Source: a virus
Lineage: Duplodnaviria > Caudoviricetes
IMG/VR virus record: IMGVR_UViG_3300029288_000063
Span: 32,001 to 96,000 of that record
Reading direction: 5' to 3' (one strand)
Length of the DNA stretch: 64,000 bases
How positions within the stretch are numbered: position 1 is the stretch's first letter; every line of letters begins with the position of its first letter. Below the pieces are notes generated by a model. It was not told where the DNA came from, did no database searches, and saw nothing but the letters and a program-made list of their open reading frames with translations. Below are positions 45,856 to 54,956 of the stretch, one piece after another. The translations under genes and the position numbers were made by a program.

Positions 45856-46449
45856 ATGCCGAAGTTTACTGATTGCCACACCTCGACTGACGTATCTGAC
45901 ATCATGGAGGATATTATTGACAAGTTCCCAAGGGTGTTTCCGGGGTTCGATTTGAACCAGATTGGAATTATCCATTCCAACGGTAAGAAGTCGAAGAAAA
46001 ACCCCCTGAAGATTCGTTCTGTCCGTTATCCGTACGATGTGTGGATGAGTAAGGTTTACATTATCGAAGTTGCGGATGAAACGTGGTCTGAAATGTGTGA
46101 CAAAAAGAAGCACTTGTCGGTTTTTCACACCATGTGTGCTATGCCCGAGGGTGCGTTTGATGCTCAATCGGATAATTACGCCAAGATTCGGAAGCCGGAT
46201 TATGAGATGTATGCCGAGGAATTTGCGGTGACTGGTGGCATTCCAAACTGGATGGACAATGACGAAGCTCGCGACCCGATGGAGGTCAATGGTTCGGTTG
46301 TTGGAGGTGAGGAAAAAGACGAAAAGAAGGGCTTGAAGAAAGCGACAAAGCGTGTTCCCGTCACTGCGGAATCTCTTGTTTCTTCGGAAGAGGAAGAGGC
46401 TGAAGCTGAGGATGGAGATAAGGCTGTAGACAATTCAGATGAGGACTAA
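45856..46449 (+). CDS. Phage metallopeptidase-like protein (degenerate) with acidic tail
   Basis: YIIEV...W......FHTMC...KPDYEMY pattern; the HExxH is not intact. Confidence 0.55.
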   Translation: MPKFTDCHTSTDVSDIMEDIIDKFPRVFPGFDLNQIGIIHSNGKKSKKNPLKIRSVRYPYDVWMSKVYIIEVADETWSEMCDKKKHLSVFHTMCAMPEGAFDAQSDNYAKIRKPDYEMYAEEFAVTGGIPNWMDNDEARDPMEVNGSVVGGEEKDEKKGLKKATKRVPVTAESLVSSEEEEAEAEDGDKAVDNSDED

Positions 46450-46452
46450 CTG

Positions 46453-47100
46453 TTGAGTGGGTTCCCTCCTTATATTCAGAAAATCATCGGTCTGGACAAG
46501 AAGAAACGGCGGGCGAGTAATCTTTTCGCCCGCCGTGTTCGTGGCTCTTATGAGCGTCACGATAGGTTTACCAGAAAAGATTTAGTTGATTTTTTACGTG
46601 ACAACGGCATCTTTTCGACGTATAAATTAAAACAGGTATGGAAGCCCGGCAATCCTAAAGTATATAACTATTACAAGGAGTTCGGGTCGTGGGATAATGT
46701 TCGACTCGAAGTATGGGGTGATCTTGATGTTATTGGTGCTGGTCATTTGGATGACCCTGAATACCATATACGTGTTGTTAGGGATTGGGGACTATACTCT
46801 GCACGGGCATATAGGGCTGCCCGTGCCAAGTCTCCCGCTGTTATACCGTCCATGCGAAAGATATTGACTCATTGGGGTTATTTTTCCAACCTTATAGACG
46901 CATCTATAAGGACATCAACAAAAGGACAAGTTACTGCCCTGATAATGCTCTCTAACAAGATTGGTTGTATTCCAAGCGCAAAAGATTGTCGGGATGCGTT
47001 TATTGATTTGGATTTGATTTTGGAACAGTTTGGCTCTCGGGCTGCTCTTAAAAATTTCCTCGCTTTTGTTAGCTTAAACAAGCAGAGGGGCAAAAAATGA
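46453..47100 (+). CDS. Putative DNA-binding protein with homing-endonuclease-associated FGSW-type repeats
   Basis: P...YYKEFGSW, HWGYF and QFGS repeats. Confidence 0.55.
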   Translation: MSGFPPYIQKIIGLDKKKRRASNLFARRVRGSYERHDRFTRKDLVDFLRDNGIFSTYKLKQVWKPGNPKVYNYYKEFGSWDNVRLEVWGDLDVIGAGHLDDPEYHIRVVRDWGLYSARAYRAARAKSPAVIPSMRKILTHWGYFSNLIDASIRTSTKGQVTALIMLSNKIGCIPSAKDCRDAFIDLDLILEQFGSRAALKNFLAFVSLNKQRGKK

Positions 47101-47546
47101 GAACGGAAGAAGACGTTCTTCAGCGTTTTCGTGACGCGTATGACAAGGTGCTCCGCGAGAGACGCGAGAAGTTCTTATCGACAAGTTTTATGAACTGTCG
47201 ATTTAACGTGCGGCATCGTCTGAAGAAGCATGGCATGGTTGGTTTTTGTCAGAACTCTATTGTAACCGCGAAAGCCCGACACGGTGCCGCCATTTGCAAC
47301 GATGACTGTGTTGCGGCGGAATGCAGCATGTTTGAGTGTCGGCATTCGGAGGAATCTGTGCGGGAAGACCTGAATAACGTAATGAAGAATCCGAATCAAT
47401 GTGGGCAGGAATACCCGAAACTTGCGGTACTTTTGTGGTTTTTGCAGAAGGACAATCCCGGCTCGTCGCGAATGTCCCGTGCCTTTGGTTGTTTGGCGGA
47501 TGCTGTGAACTCATTTTGGGCTTTTGTTACATTGAGGTGGTGGTGA
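47097..47546 (+). CDS. Cys-rich hypothetical protein
   Basis: ATGA coupling. Confidence 0.65.
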   Translation: MRTEEDVLQRFRDAYDKVLRERREKFLSTSFMNCRFNVRHRLKKHGMVGFCQNSIVTAKARHGAAICNDDCVAAECSMFECRHSEESVREDLNNVMKNPNQCGQEYPKLAVLLWFLQKDNPGSSRMSRAFGCLADAVNSFWAFVTLRWW

Positions 47547-48223
47547 TGGGTAGGTGGATTTGTGCCCATGTTGATTCGAAACTCATGAAGCGCGGGAACG
47601 CCCCGAAGCTTATTCGTGCTGATTTGGAAAAAATTTTTGGTCAAGACCTTCACGGGATTGTTGTTGTTGGCGGCAACCTAACACCCGATTATTTTGAGTC
47701 CGGCATAGAAGATTATGTTTTTGTAAAATGTTCTAATTATTTTGATCATATTGCGGGTTTAAGGCGAAGCAAAACGATTACGGGTGTTCTTGAAGACTTT
47801 GATCATCCAAATTTTTGTGACGAGGCGGAAATAGAAAAGTTTGCCCGATCTGTCGGGCCAATCGAGAGAGATTTCCAGTACGGAGATGTTGTTCTTGTCC
47901 GTGAGGGATATCTCAAGGGTTTGCGTGGTGTGGTTGTTCGGTTGGCTCGTCGGGGATTTTTCCAAGTCTTTTTCCGCTTGTATACCCGTTCGTTCATGGA
48001 AGTCCTGAACGCATCAAACCTTGTGTTTGAGTTGAACATCGTTGATAAGTTCAGGTTTCCGGTTACGGTAAAGGCGAAGAAAGTCTTGTCAACTGGGGAG
48101 ATCATCTTTCCAGAGGGTTCTATCAGTCCTGATGTAGCCAATCTTCTTTCTCGCGAAGCGGGGGTTTCTTATGAAGATTCGCTATGTCGGAGACGGAATA
48201 GAAAACGTCGCGTCAGAGAGTGA
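47546..48223 (+). CDS. NusG-like transcription factor (NGN + KOW)
   Basis: N-terminal W, DYVFV, KOW FQYGDVVLVREGYLKGLRGVV. Confidence 0.75.
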   Translation: MGRWICAHVDSKLMKRGNAPKLIRADLEKIFGQDLHGIVVVGGNLTPDYFESGIEDYVFVKCSNYFDHIAGLRRSKTITGVLEDFDHPNFCDEAEIEKFARSVGPIERDFQYGDVVLVREGYLKGLRGVVVRLARRGFFQVFFRLYTRSFMEVLNASNLVFELNIVDKFRFPVTVKAKKVLSTGEIIFPEGSISPDVANLLSREAGVSYEDSLCRRRNRKRRVRE

Positions 48224-48734
48224 TCGCGACGTTCGATTCGTACTGTCCCAAGAAGACATCAAAACGTTTGGCTCCGTTTTCGATTTTTTGAACGAAAAGG
48301 ACAGAGACATTTTGTATCTTATTTTCCTGTCCGGAAAATCGCAAAGTGCTGTCCAGAGGATACTTAACAGAAGCCAACCATCGTTGTGTTATGATATTCG
48401 TCGCATCAAAGAACGCTTGCGTTTTATTTGCTATCTGCATTCCGTATTCGATCTATTCGTAGAATTCCTCGAAAAACAATCCTCTCAGTATGAGATAGAA
48501 CTCATCGAAGTGTTGGTTTTGATGTTCTATACGACCTCCTATACTCATGCCGCTCGTGTTACAGGGCAAGAATACCTCAAGATTCGTTATCGCTTTGATA
48601 AAGCTATTCGTGAGTTGGAGCTTCAAAAGCAATGGGAAATATATGAGATTTTTGCGGCTATTCGTGAAAACTTGAACATTGTTAGGCGTTTTTGTCGGAC
48701 TCCGAAGGCCGTTCGTGAAGGTGCATGTTTGTGA
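48171..48734 (+). CDS. Sigma70 region-4-like HTH protein (two HTH-like repeats)
   Basis: LNEKDRDILYLIFLSGKSQSAVQRILNRSQPSL...RRIKERL. Confidence 0.65.
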   Translation: MKIRYVGDGIENVASESDRDVRFVLSQEDIKTFGSVFDFLNEKDRDILYLIFLSGKSQSAVQRILNRSQPSLCYDIRRIKERLRFICYLHSVFDLFVEFLEKQSSQYEIELIEVLVLMFYTTSYTHAARVTGQEYLKIRYRFDKAIRELELQKQWEIYEIFAAIRENLNIVRRFCRTPKAVREGACL

Positions 48735-48801
48735 TTTGTATATATTTTTTTTATTTACAATATCTCAATAGGACTTATAGTTTTTTCAAAAGGAGGAGTT
48801 T

Positions 48802-49056
48802 ATGGACATCTTTGACAAGTTTGAGTGGCATAGCTCGTGTCCTGTAGATAGTATCTTGGGTGTTTCACGTAAGGTTATACGTCGAATGGCGAACAACTCT
48901 GTCAATCGTTTGGCGTTTTATTCCGCCGGTGAACAATTTCTGATTCACAAGTCAAAACGAGCGCTTTGGAAAGTTTCAGAAGATGGTGTGTCAATTGAGC
49001 CAGTTTTTGCGTCTGATGTGTTGGATGAGTCCGACCTTGAAGGGGGCAAGTCATGA
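48802..49056 (+). CDS. Hypothetical protein (start of putative late operon)
   Basis: AGGAGG RBS. Confidence 0.7.
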   Translation: MDIFDKFEWHSSCPVDSILGVSRKVIRRMANNSVNRLAFYSAGEQFLIHKSKRALWKVSEDGVSIEPVFASDVLDESDLEGGKS

Positions 49057-50366
49057 ATTTGGACAAGATGTTAACGTCTGCCGTTCAAGACCTCTCTTGG
49101 CTGGAAGAGCCGGAAACTTATGATGTTTCCAAGCATCACAAAAAGAACGATATGCTTCGTGAGTTGGATCTTCAGTGGGGTAATGGTGCGACGAACCTTG
49201 CTGACGAACCGATTGATGTCGTGTCGCCGCGAGTTGTTGAGGATGAGTCACAGTTTGTTGTGTCGTCTGCCCGCAAGCTGATTGCGTCCGGTCGTTCGGG
49301 TTCTGATGTTGTTGCGTGCTTGCAGAAGAAATATGGTTCGAAGACTATCGAAGGGATGATTCCGAGTCTACGGGAAGCATTTGAACTTGACGGTGTCGCT
49401 GGTTGCTTCGCTGTGGATTGCGAAGGATTCGCGAATTGTCGTGAAGCTTTGCGTCACGCAAAGAAATCTCCGTTCGCTAGATTTATAGCCTTTGTTGTCA
49501 ATCATGACGAAGAGAAGGTGTGTCATCGTATTGGAAGGAAGACGACTGCTTCCGGTGGTGGCTCTGTTGATGGGTTGTTGTCTGATGAACGTCTGGTTGT
49601 TGGTTCCGACCGTGCGTATTGTCGCGAGCTTGGTTTGCCTGTACTGTCGTATGACGGTGTTGCCCCTGAGTTTGTCGACAAGACGGTTATAGACCTGTTG
49701 ACTCTTGGTCAGATTTCGGAAGATGACGCGGAATCTATTCGTTCGATGGAAGCATCATCGTTTGTGAAGCTTCGTGAGGCGTTCCGTGTTGCATCTCGCA
49801 ACATGAAGAAGTCGGGAAAGAAGTATTCTGGAAAAGTTGATGTGTCTGAATACAAGGTCAGTTCTGATTTGTCGTTTGACCTTAACGCCACCACAGATAT
49901 GAAGGCGCTTGAGGTTGATGATAGTGGTGGGGCGTTTGGGTTGTCTGTAGATGTTAACGACGAAGTTGGATTTGTTGCACAGGATGTTGATCGTGGTGTC
50001 AAGAAGGTATCAGATTTCGATGTTGACAAAGAGGTGTTCGACATTCCTATGGAGGATATGCATGGTATCCGTCCTCGTGTCGAATCTATAGATGTTGATT
50101 CTGTTGACTCTGTTGATGTTGATGCTGAAATTCCGTTGCTGTTTGATGTGCCTGTTAACAATGAGAGCGTTTTCACGAATCTGGATGTTGACGAGCGTGG
50201 AGTATCGCCAGAGGTTGATGTTGACGATGAGTTTGTTGGAATAGAAATAGACCCGTCAACGTTTGTTGAAGACGAGTTTGTTGGTTCTGATGAATTCGAG
50301 TTGATGCCGATTGCTCGTCGTGCTCGTAGGCTTGATGTTGATGGTCGTTCTGATTTCTCGTTCTGA
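49053..50366 (+). CDS. Hypothetical protein with acidic D/V-rich C-terminal region
   Basis: 437-aa ORF with repeated DVD. Confidence 0.75.
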   Translation: MNLDKMLTSAVQDLSWLEEPETYDVSKHHKKNDMLRELDLQWGNGATNLADEPIDVVSPRVVEDESQFVVSSARKLIASGRSGSDVVACLQKKYGSKTIEGMIPSLREAFELDGVAGCFAVDCEGFANCREALRHAKKSPFARFIAFVVNHDEEKVCHRIGRKTTASGGGSVDGLLSDERLVVGSDRAYCRELGLPVLSYDGVAPEFVDKTVIDLLTLGQISEDDAESIRSMEASSFVKLREAFRVASRNMKKSGKKYSGKVDVSEYKVSSDLSFDLNATTDMKALEVDDSGGAFGLSVDVNDEVGFVAQDVDRGVKKVSDFDVDKEVFDIPMEDMHGIRPRVESIDVDSVDSVDVDAEIPLLFDVPVNNESVFTNLDVDERGVSPEVDVDDEFVGIEIDPSTFVEDEFVGSDEFELMPIARRARRLDVDGRSDFSF

Positions 50367-50378
50367 AACGAGGGTAAT

Positions 50379-50975
50379 ATGAGTGGTGAATTTTCAGTAG
50401 CAGATAAAGATGGAGATGTGAGTCTGCCGACCGTTGTCTCACAGTCTTCTGATTTGTCTCAGGTAGACAATGTTGAAGGTGTCATGAAGTTTCGTTCCGA
50501 ATTGGTGAAGAGTTACCATCAAGGCGCGGTTTCTCTTTTGGATCGAATGGAGCGGAACGGGTGCAATAGTACCGAGCAGTTGGTTATGGAGATGATTCGC
50601 GAGGTTATCCGTGAGACTGATAACCTTTTAGGCAACCAACTTATTGCAACTCAAAATGGCAACCTTCGTGATGCATCTATTATATCCAGTAAGCGTGCTG
50701 AGGTTTTTCAGTCTGCTATTAAAGCGATGCAAACGAAACAGGCGATGGAGAAGGACGGAAGTATAGGCCTAGATGTAAATTCTCCTTCCATGACTGTTGT
50801 TTTTCGATTTTTCATGTCGAAAGTCCGTTCTATACTTATGAGCATGAATTTTGATTCGGAACTTTCTGATACCTTTTTTCGCATGTTCAAAGACGTGATG
50901 AAAGATTGGCGAAAAGAGCTGACTGCCGAAATTGCGGCTAATTCTGGCGGTGTAAATATTCAAGGGGAATTATAA
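50379..50975 (+). CDS. Probable terminase small subunit
   Basis: Helical protein coupled (TAATG) to terL; position only. Confidence 0.5.
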   Translation: MSGEFSVADKDGDVSLPTVVSQSSDLSQVDNVEGVMKFRSELVKSYHQGAVSLLDRMERNGCNSTEQLVMEMIREVIRETDNLLGNQLIATQNGNLRDASIISSKRAEVFQSAIKAMQTKQAMEKDGSIGLDVNSPSMTVVFRFFMSKVRSILMSMNFDSELSDTFFRMFKDVMKDWRKELTAEIAANSGGVNIQGEL

Positions 50976-52807
50976 TGGGTCGTAAGCCAAAGCTTCCTGT
51001 CCGAGATTTTATGGAAGACCTTGCCAATTCATTTATCTCAGGGAATAATGGGGATGCTGTTGATATTATCACCTTTGTTCAAGCTCCTTGGGGTTTGAAT
51101 TTTGTTTTGCGTCCGGTTCAGATTTTCATTCTGAAGGCGTTGTATGGTCTGAAACTCAATGATACCGACAGGACGATTGAGGTTCCAGACGTTACAAACG
51201 ACAAGGTTCTCTATACGCTTTCGGAGACAGAGTTTCATCGCTGGCTGTTGGACGAAAAACGTTGCAACACGGCGGAGATTGGTGAGGGAAAATCGTTCCG
51301 AGAGTTGGTCTTAGTGATTGGAAGAAGAGGTGGCAAGTCGACCATTGCTTCGATTATTTCTGCATATGAGATGTATCGCCTTATCAAGCTTGGCGATCCG
51401 GCGAAGTATTATGGCCAGTTGCCGGACACTGTCATTTCGATTTGTAATGTTGCGCCGACAGACGATCAAGCGGATATCGTTTTCACGTCTATATTGAATA
51501 TGGCGTCCAAGTCTCTATGCATGCGAGATAGAGTTCTTAATCAGACCCAAACATATTTCAACTTAATGACTGATAAAGACGTGGCATCGTTTGGGAAAAA
51601 GAACGCCTCCATTGTTGTTGTCGCTGGTGGTTGTTCGTCTGGTGCGTTGCGTGGTCGAAGCAACATTGGTGTTATTATGGATGAGATGGCGTTCTTTCTC
51701 GACAACGGCGGACGTTTTGCCGGTGATGCTGTTTATAAGGCGTTAACGCCGTCTGTTGGCACATTTGGCAAAGACGGGAAAATCATTTGCATCTCGTCGC
51801 CGTATGCGAAATACGGTGCGTTCTACAATCGGTATGTGCAAAGCTTTGAGGAACAAGAAACAACGTTGATGCTTAAAATGTATACGTCGTTGGCCAACCC
51901 ATCCATTGACCCGGTGATTCTCAAGACAGAGCGTCGTCGTGATAAAATCAATTTTTTGTGTGAATTTGGCGGGGAGTTCTCCGACTCGGTCGTTGCGTGG
52001 ATTGACGATGAGACCACTTTCAAAAAGTGTGTTGTGCAGCGTCCGGCACCGACAAAGGGTGTTACAAACGAGCAATATTTTATGGGTGTAGACCTTTCGG
52101 CGAAGAACGACGGAACGGCAGTTGCCATTGTGCATCGGGACACCAAAACCAAGAAAATCATCCTCGATTACGCTGATGTTTGGTTTCCGGGCGAGTCCGA
52201 CGTGTGGGAGTCGAACGATTCCATATACAGAGAATGTACGCGTTATCAGAATTTGGAGTTTCTTCGTGTTGCTGATATAGCGCGTGATATTCAGGAGTTG
52301 AGTAAATGGTTCCCAATCAGGGATGGGTGGTTTGACTTGTGGTCTGGACATGCGTTGTTGGAACAACTGCATAACATCGGGATGAAACAGTTGCGCGTTG
52401 AGCAGGTAACGGACACATTGAACAGCAGTATTTATACGCTCCTGAAGTCTCTTTATATGGAGGGTATGGTTGAGCTGTTTGACCATCCTGTTTTGGTTCC
52501 TGAACTTCTGAGTTTGGAGGCGGAACACAAAGCGAAAAACAAGGTTAAGGTTCGTGCGCCGAACAAGCGTGGGGCGCATGATGATATCTCTGATGCGTAT
52601 GCCCGTGCAGTCTGGGCGTGCTTCAATTGGGACCAAGACCGCCAAGTAAACCGCACTGTTGTTGCTGGTGGTTTGTCGCCGGTTGATGTCAGTGGACAAT
52701 CGTTCAACATGCACCGTATTAGTAAGTTACGGAGTCATGGAATGGGTTCGCGAGATATGGCGTCAATGTCTATGAGTGGAAGAGCGTCCTTGAAGAGGGG
52801 TAGGTAA
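50975..52807 (+). CDS. terL: Terminase large subunit
   Basis: Walker A GRRGGKS, Walker B IMDE, ISSP, nuclease GVDLS..NDGT...HDDISDA. Confidence 0.92.
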   Translation: MGRKPKLPVRDFMEDLANSFISGNNGDAVDIITFVQAPWGLNFVLRPVQIFILKALYGLKLNDTDRTIEVPDVTNDKVLYTLSETEFHRWLLDEKRCNTAEIGEGKSFRELVLVIGRRGGKSTIASIISAYEMYRLIKLGDPAKYYGQLPDTVISICNVAPTDDQADIVFTSILNMASKSLCMRDRVLNQTQTYFNLMTDKDVASFGKKNASIVVVAGGCSSGALRGRSNIGVIMDEMAFFLDNGGRFAGDAVYKALTPSVGTFGKDGKIICISSPYAKYGAFYNRYVQSFEEQETTLMLKMYTSLANPSIDPVILKTERRRDKINFLCEFGGEFSDSVVAWIDDETTFKKCVVQRPAPTKGVTNEQYFMGVDLSAKNDGTAVAIVHRDTKTKKIILDYADVWFPGESDVWESNDSIYRECTRYQNLEFLRVADIARDIQELSKWFPIRDGWFDLWSGHALLEQLHNIGMKQLRVEQVTDTLNSSIYTLLKSLYMEGMVELFDHPVLVPELLSLEAEHKAKNKVKVRAPNKRGAHDDISDAYARAVWACFNWDQDRQVNRTVVAGGLSPVDVSGQSFNMHRISKLRSHGMGSRDMASMSMSGRASLKRGR

Positions 52808-53785
52808 ATGTTGCGTCGCGGACAGTTGTTGACGAACCCAATTCATGAAGTCAATCACGGAACGACGGCAATAGAACGTATCGTGTCGGGTGCGTTGTTT
52901 GATTTCATCGGTATGCTAACCACACTGGAAGAACCAATTGTTTTGAGTGAACGTCACAACCCGACCCGTTTGGTTGATATGTTGGTGGATTGGGCATATA
53001 ACAAACGTGGTCTGAACACCTTTGACGCGGACGTTTATGGGTGGCAGGACAAAATTCACGTCGCACATGAATTGGTACGTGTTGCGCGTATTTTGTCAGG
53101 TGAAGAGGAAGATGTCAAAGCCGAAAAAAAACGTGCGGAAAAGAAGGTCAGGGCTGTGAAGACTCTGGCTGAAAACATTACCCGTCTTCGTCACAACGTA
53201 ACCCGTGACTTACAGAGTGATGACGAACGTACCCGGATGACTGCCCTTGCTATCGCCCTGATGGATAAGACTGCGGAACGTGTTGGGAATGACGAGTCTG
53301 CACAGAACGGTCATGTGGGTGTGACTGGCTTCAAGAAGAAGCATATTTCTACAGATGGCAACCGGGTGCTTTTGAAGTATATTGGGAAGTCCGGTGTGGA
53401 ACATGAGAAGTCTTTTTCTGATAAGCGTATCTCGGACATAATTCGTGGTCGTCTTGAGCGTTGCACCCCGAATGACTTTTTGTTGTCGTGTTCTGATGGG
53501 TACAAGGTTCGTGCCGACCGAGTCAACCGGTACTTGGAAGACTTCGGAATTACAGCCAAGGACATTCGTGGGTATTCTGCCAATCGTCTGATGATTGAGG
53601 CTTTGCAGCGTCAGAGTGGCTCTCAAGAAGAGGATGAGCGAAAGAAGGTTTTTCTTTCCGTTCTGAAGCGTGTTGCCGAAGCGGTCGGACATGGTCCGCA
53701 GATGCTTCGTAATAGCTATTTGATTCCGTCTTTAGAGACGTCGTGGGTTAAGCAGGGGAAAATTATCAAGCTGACCGAAGAATAG
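52808..53785 (+). CDS. DNA topoisomerase IB catalytic domain with N-terminal extension and tag
   Basis: ERVGND, IGKSG, TAKDIR, AVGH, RNSY (catalytic R-K-R-H-Y pentad). Confidence 0.88.
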   Translation: MLRRGQLLTNPIHEVNHGTTAIERIVSGALFDFIGMLTTLEEPIVLSERHNPTRLVDMLVDWAYNKRGLNTFDADVYGWQDKIHVAHELVRVARILSGEEEDVKAEKKRAEKKVRAVKTLAENITRLRHNVTRDLQSDDERTRMTALAIALMDKTAERVGNDESAQNGHVGVTGFKKKHISTDGNRVLLKYIGKSGVEHEKSFSDKRISDIIRGRLERCTPNDFLLSCSDGYKVRADRVNRYLEDFGITAKDIRGYSANRLMIEALQRQSGSQEEDERKKVFLSVLKRVAEAVGHGPQMLRNSYLIPSLETSWVKQGKIIKLTEE

Positions 53786-53796
53786 CGGGGTGATAT

Positions 53797-54417
53797 ATGG
53801 GTGATTCTGTTTATGTGATGGGTGGTCAGTTGAAGGTTCCTGTTGAACCTGTTGGTAGTTTAGCCGTTGAAGGTTGGCTGCCGGGAACATTTGTGAAACT
53901 GATTTCTTCGTCGGCGTCTGTCTACAGTGGTGCCATTGCGTGTGTTGACCGTTCTGACGGAACGGGAACCATAGCTGGATTGTTGATTACAGGTCCGCAG
54001 CACAATCAGCCTGTTGAAAAACTGAGCGACATGTGGACGACTGACACAAGGATGCGTCCCGGAGGAGAAACACGTTCTGACTGGACGGCTATTGATGCTT
54101 CCGCATCAATTCAAATTGACTCAGATAAAATGGTTGGGAGGATTGGCTCAGCCATTGTTACTATGGCTGGTGGTTCGGATGGTCTTTTCAAGACGTATGT
54201 GTATGAAAAGAAAGACCTTGCCGAGAGAACCACACCCGGAACTGGGTCTGTGTTGACGTATAATGCCGGTGACAACTTGTATGTGAGCAATCGTGGACTT
54301 TTGACGAAAGAGATTGAGTCACCAGACCATGTGTTTTTGGGGTATGCGGTTTACCGTGCCGGGCGTGACCAAGAAGGTGATTTTGTTATTTTCGGTACGG
54401 TTATGGCTTTTGGTTAA
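53797..54417 (+). CDS. Putative virion/head structural protein
   Basis: Beta-rich; located between terL and portal. Confidence 0.5.
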   Translation: MGDSVYVMGGQLKVPVEPVGSLAVEGWLPGTFVKLISSSASVYSGAIACVDRSDGTGTIAGLLITGPQHNQPVEKLSDMWTTDTRMRPGGETRSDWTAIDASASIQIDSDKMVGRIGSAIVTMAGGSDGLFKTYVYEKKDLAERTTPGTGSVLTYNAGDNLYVSNRGLLTKEIESPDHVFLGYAVYRAGRDQEGDFVIFGTVMAFG

Positions 54418-54437
54418 CTTCCGGAAAGGGAGACAAT

Positions 54438-54953
54438 ATGGATGGTGATGTTAAAAGGTCCAAAAGGGTTGATATTCCTGCCTCGGCAATAGAGGCTATG
54501 AAAATGGCCTCGCGTCATATGGACGAGCAGGACAGGGAAAAAGAAGGTCTGCCGCCCGACCTTCCGAAAGGTCACCCGGCGATTCGTGCCATGATGTCAC
54601 AGCGTCATCGTGAGTCGATGGGTGCGTCTAAAGAAAAGCCACAAAAGAAACAACAGAAAAAGCAGGCATCTGTTGATGCCGGTCAAAAGGAAAAGGTCAA
54701 GAGGTGTGTTGACCTGATTGGTTCAATCTCTGAACGGTCTGTCGCTGTAGACAAGTCACTGCGTGAACTATATGAAGCCTCTGTTGAGGCTTCAGAGTTG
54801 ATGAGTGATAATCCATCCATGCGCGTGCGTCTTGGACGTCTTGGTCGGATGATATTTTCTTTTCACGCCGTTCTGCGGGATTGTTGTGGGCCGCTTCAGC
54901 ATGTTGCCCAGCAGATGCAACAGAATCCTGACAGTATGAAGTCGGAGGAATAA
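54438..54953 (+). CDS. Hypothetical protein
   Basis: GGAG RBS. Confidence 0.65.
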   Translation: MDGDVKRSKRVDIPASAIEAMKMASRHMDEQDREKEGLPPDLPKGHPAIRAMMSQRHRESMGASKEKPQKKQQKKQASVDAGQKEKVKRCVDLIGSISERSVAVDKSLRELYEASVEASELMSDNPSMRVRLGRLGRMIFSFHAVLRDCCGPLQHVAQQMQQNPDSMKSEE

Positions 54954-54956
54954 CAC

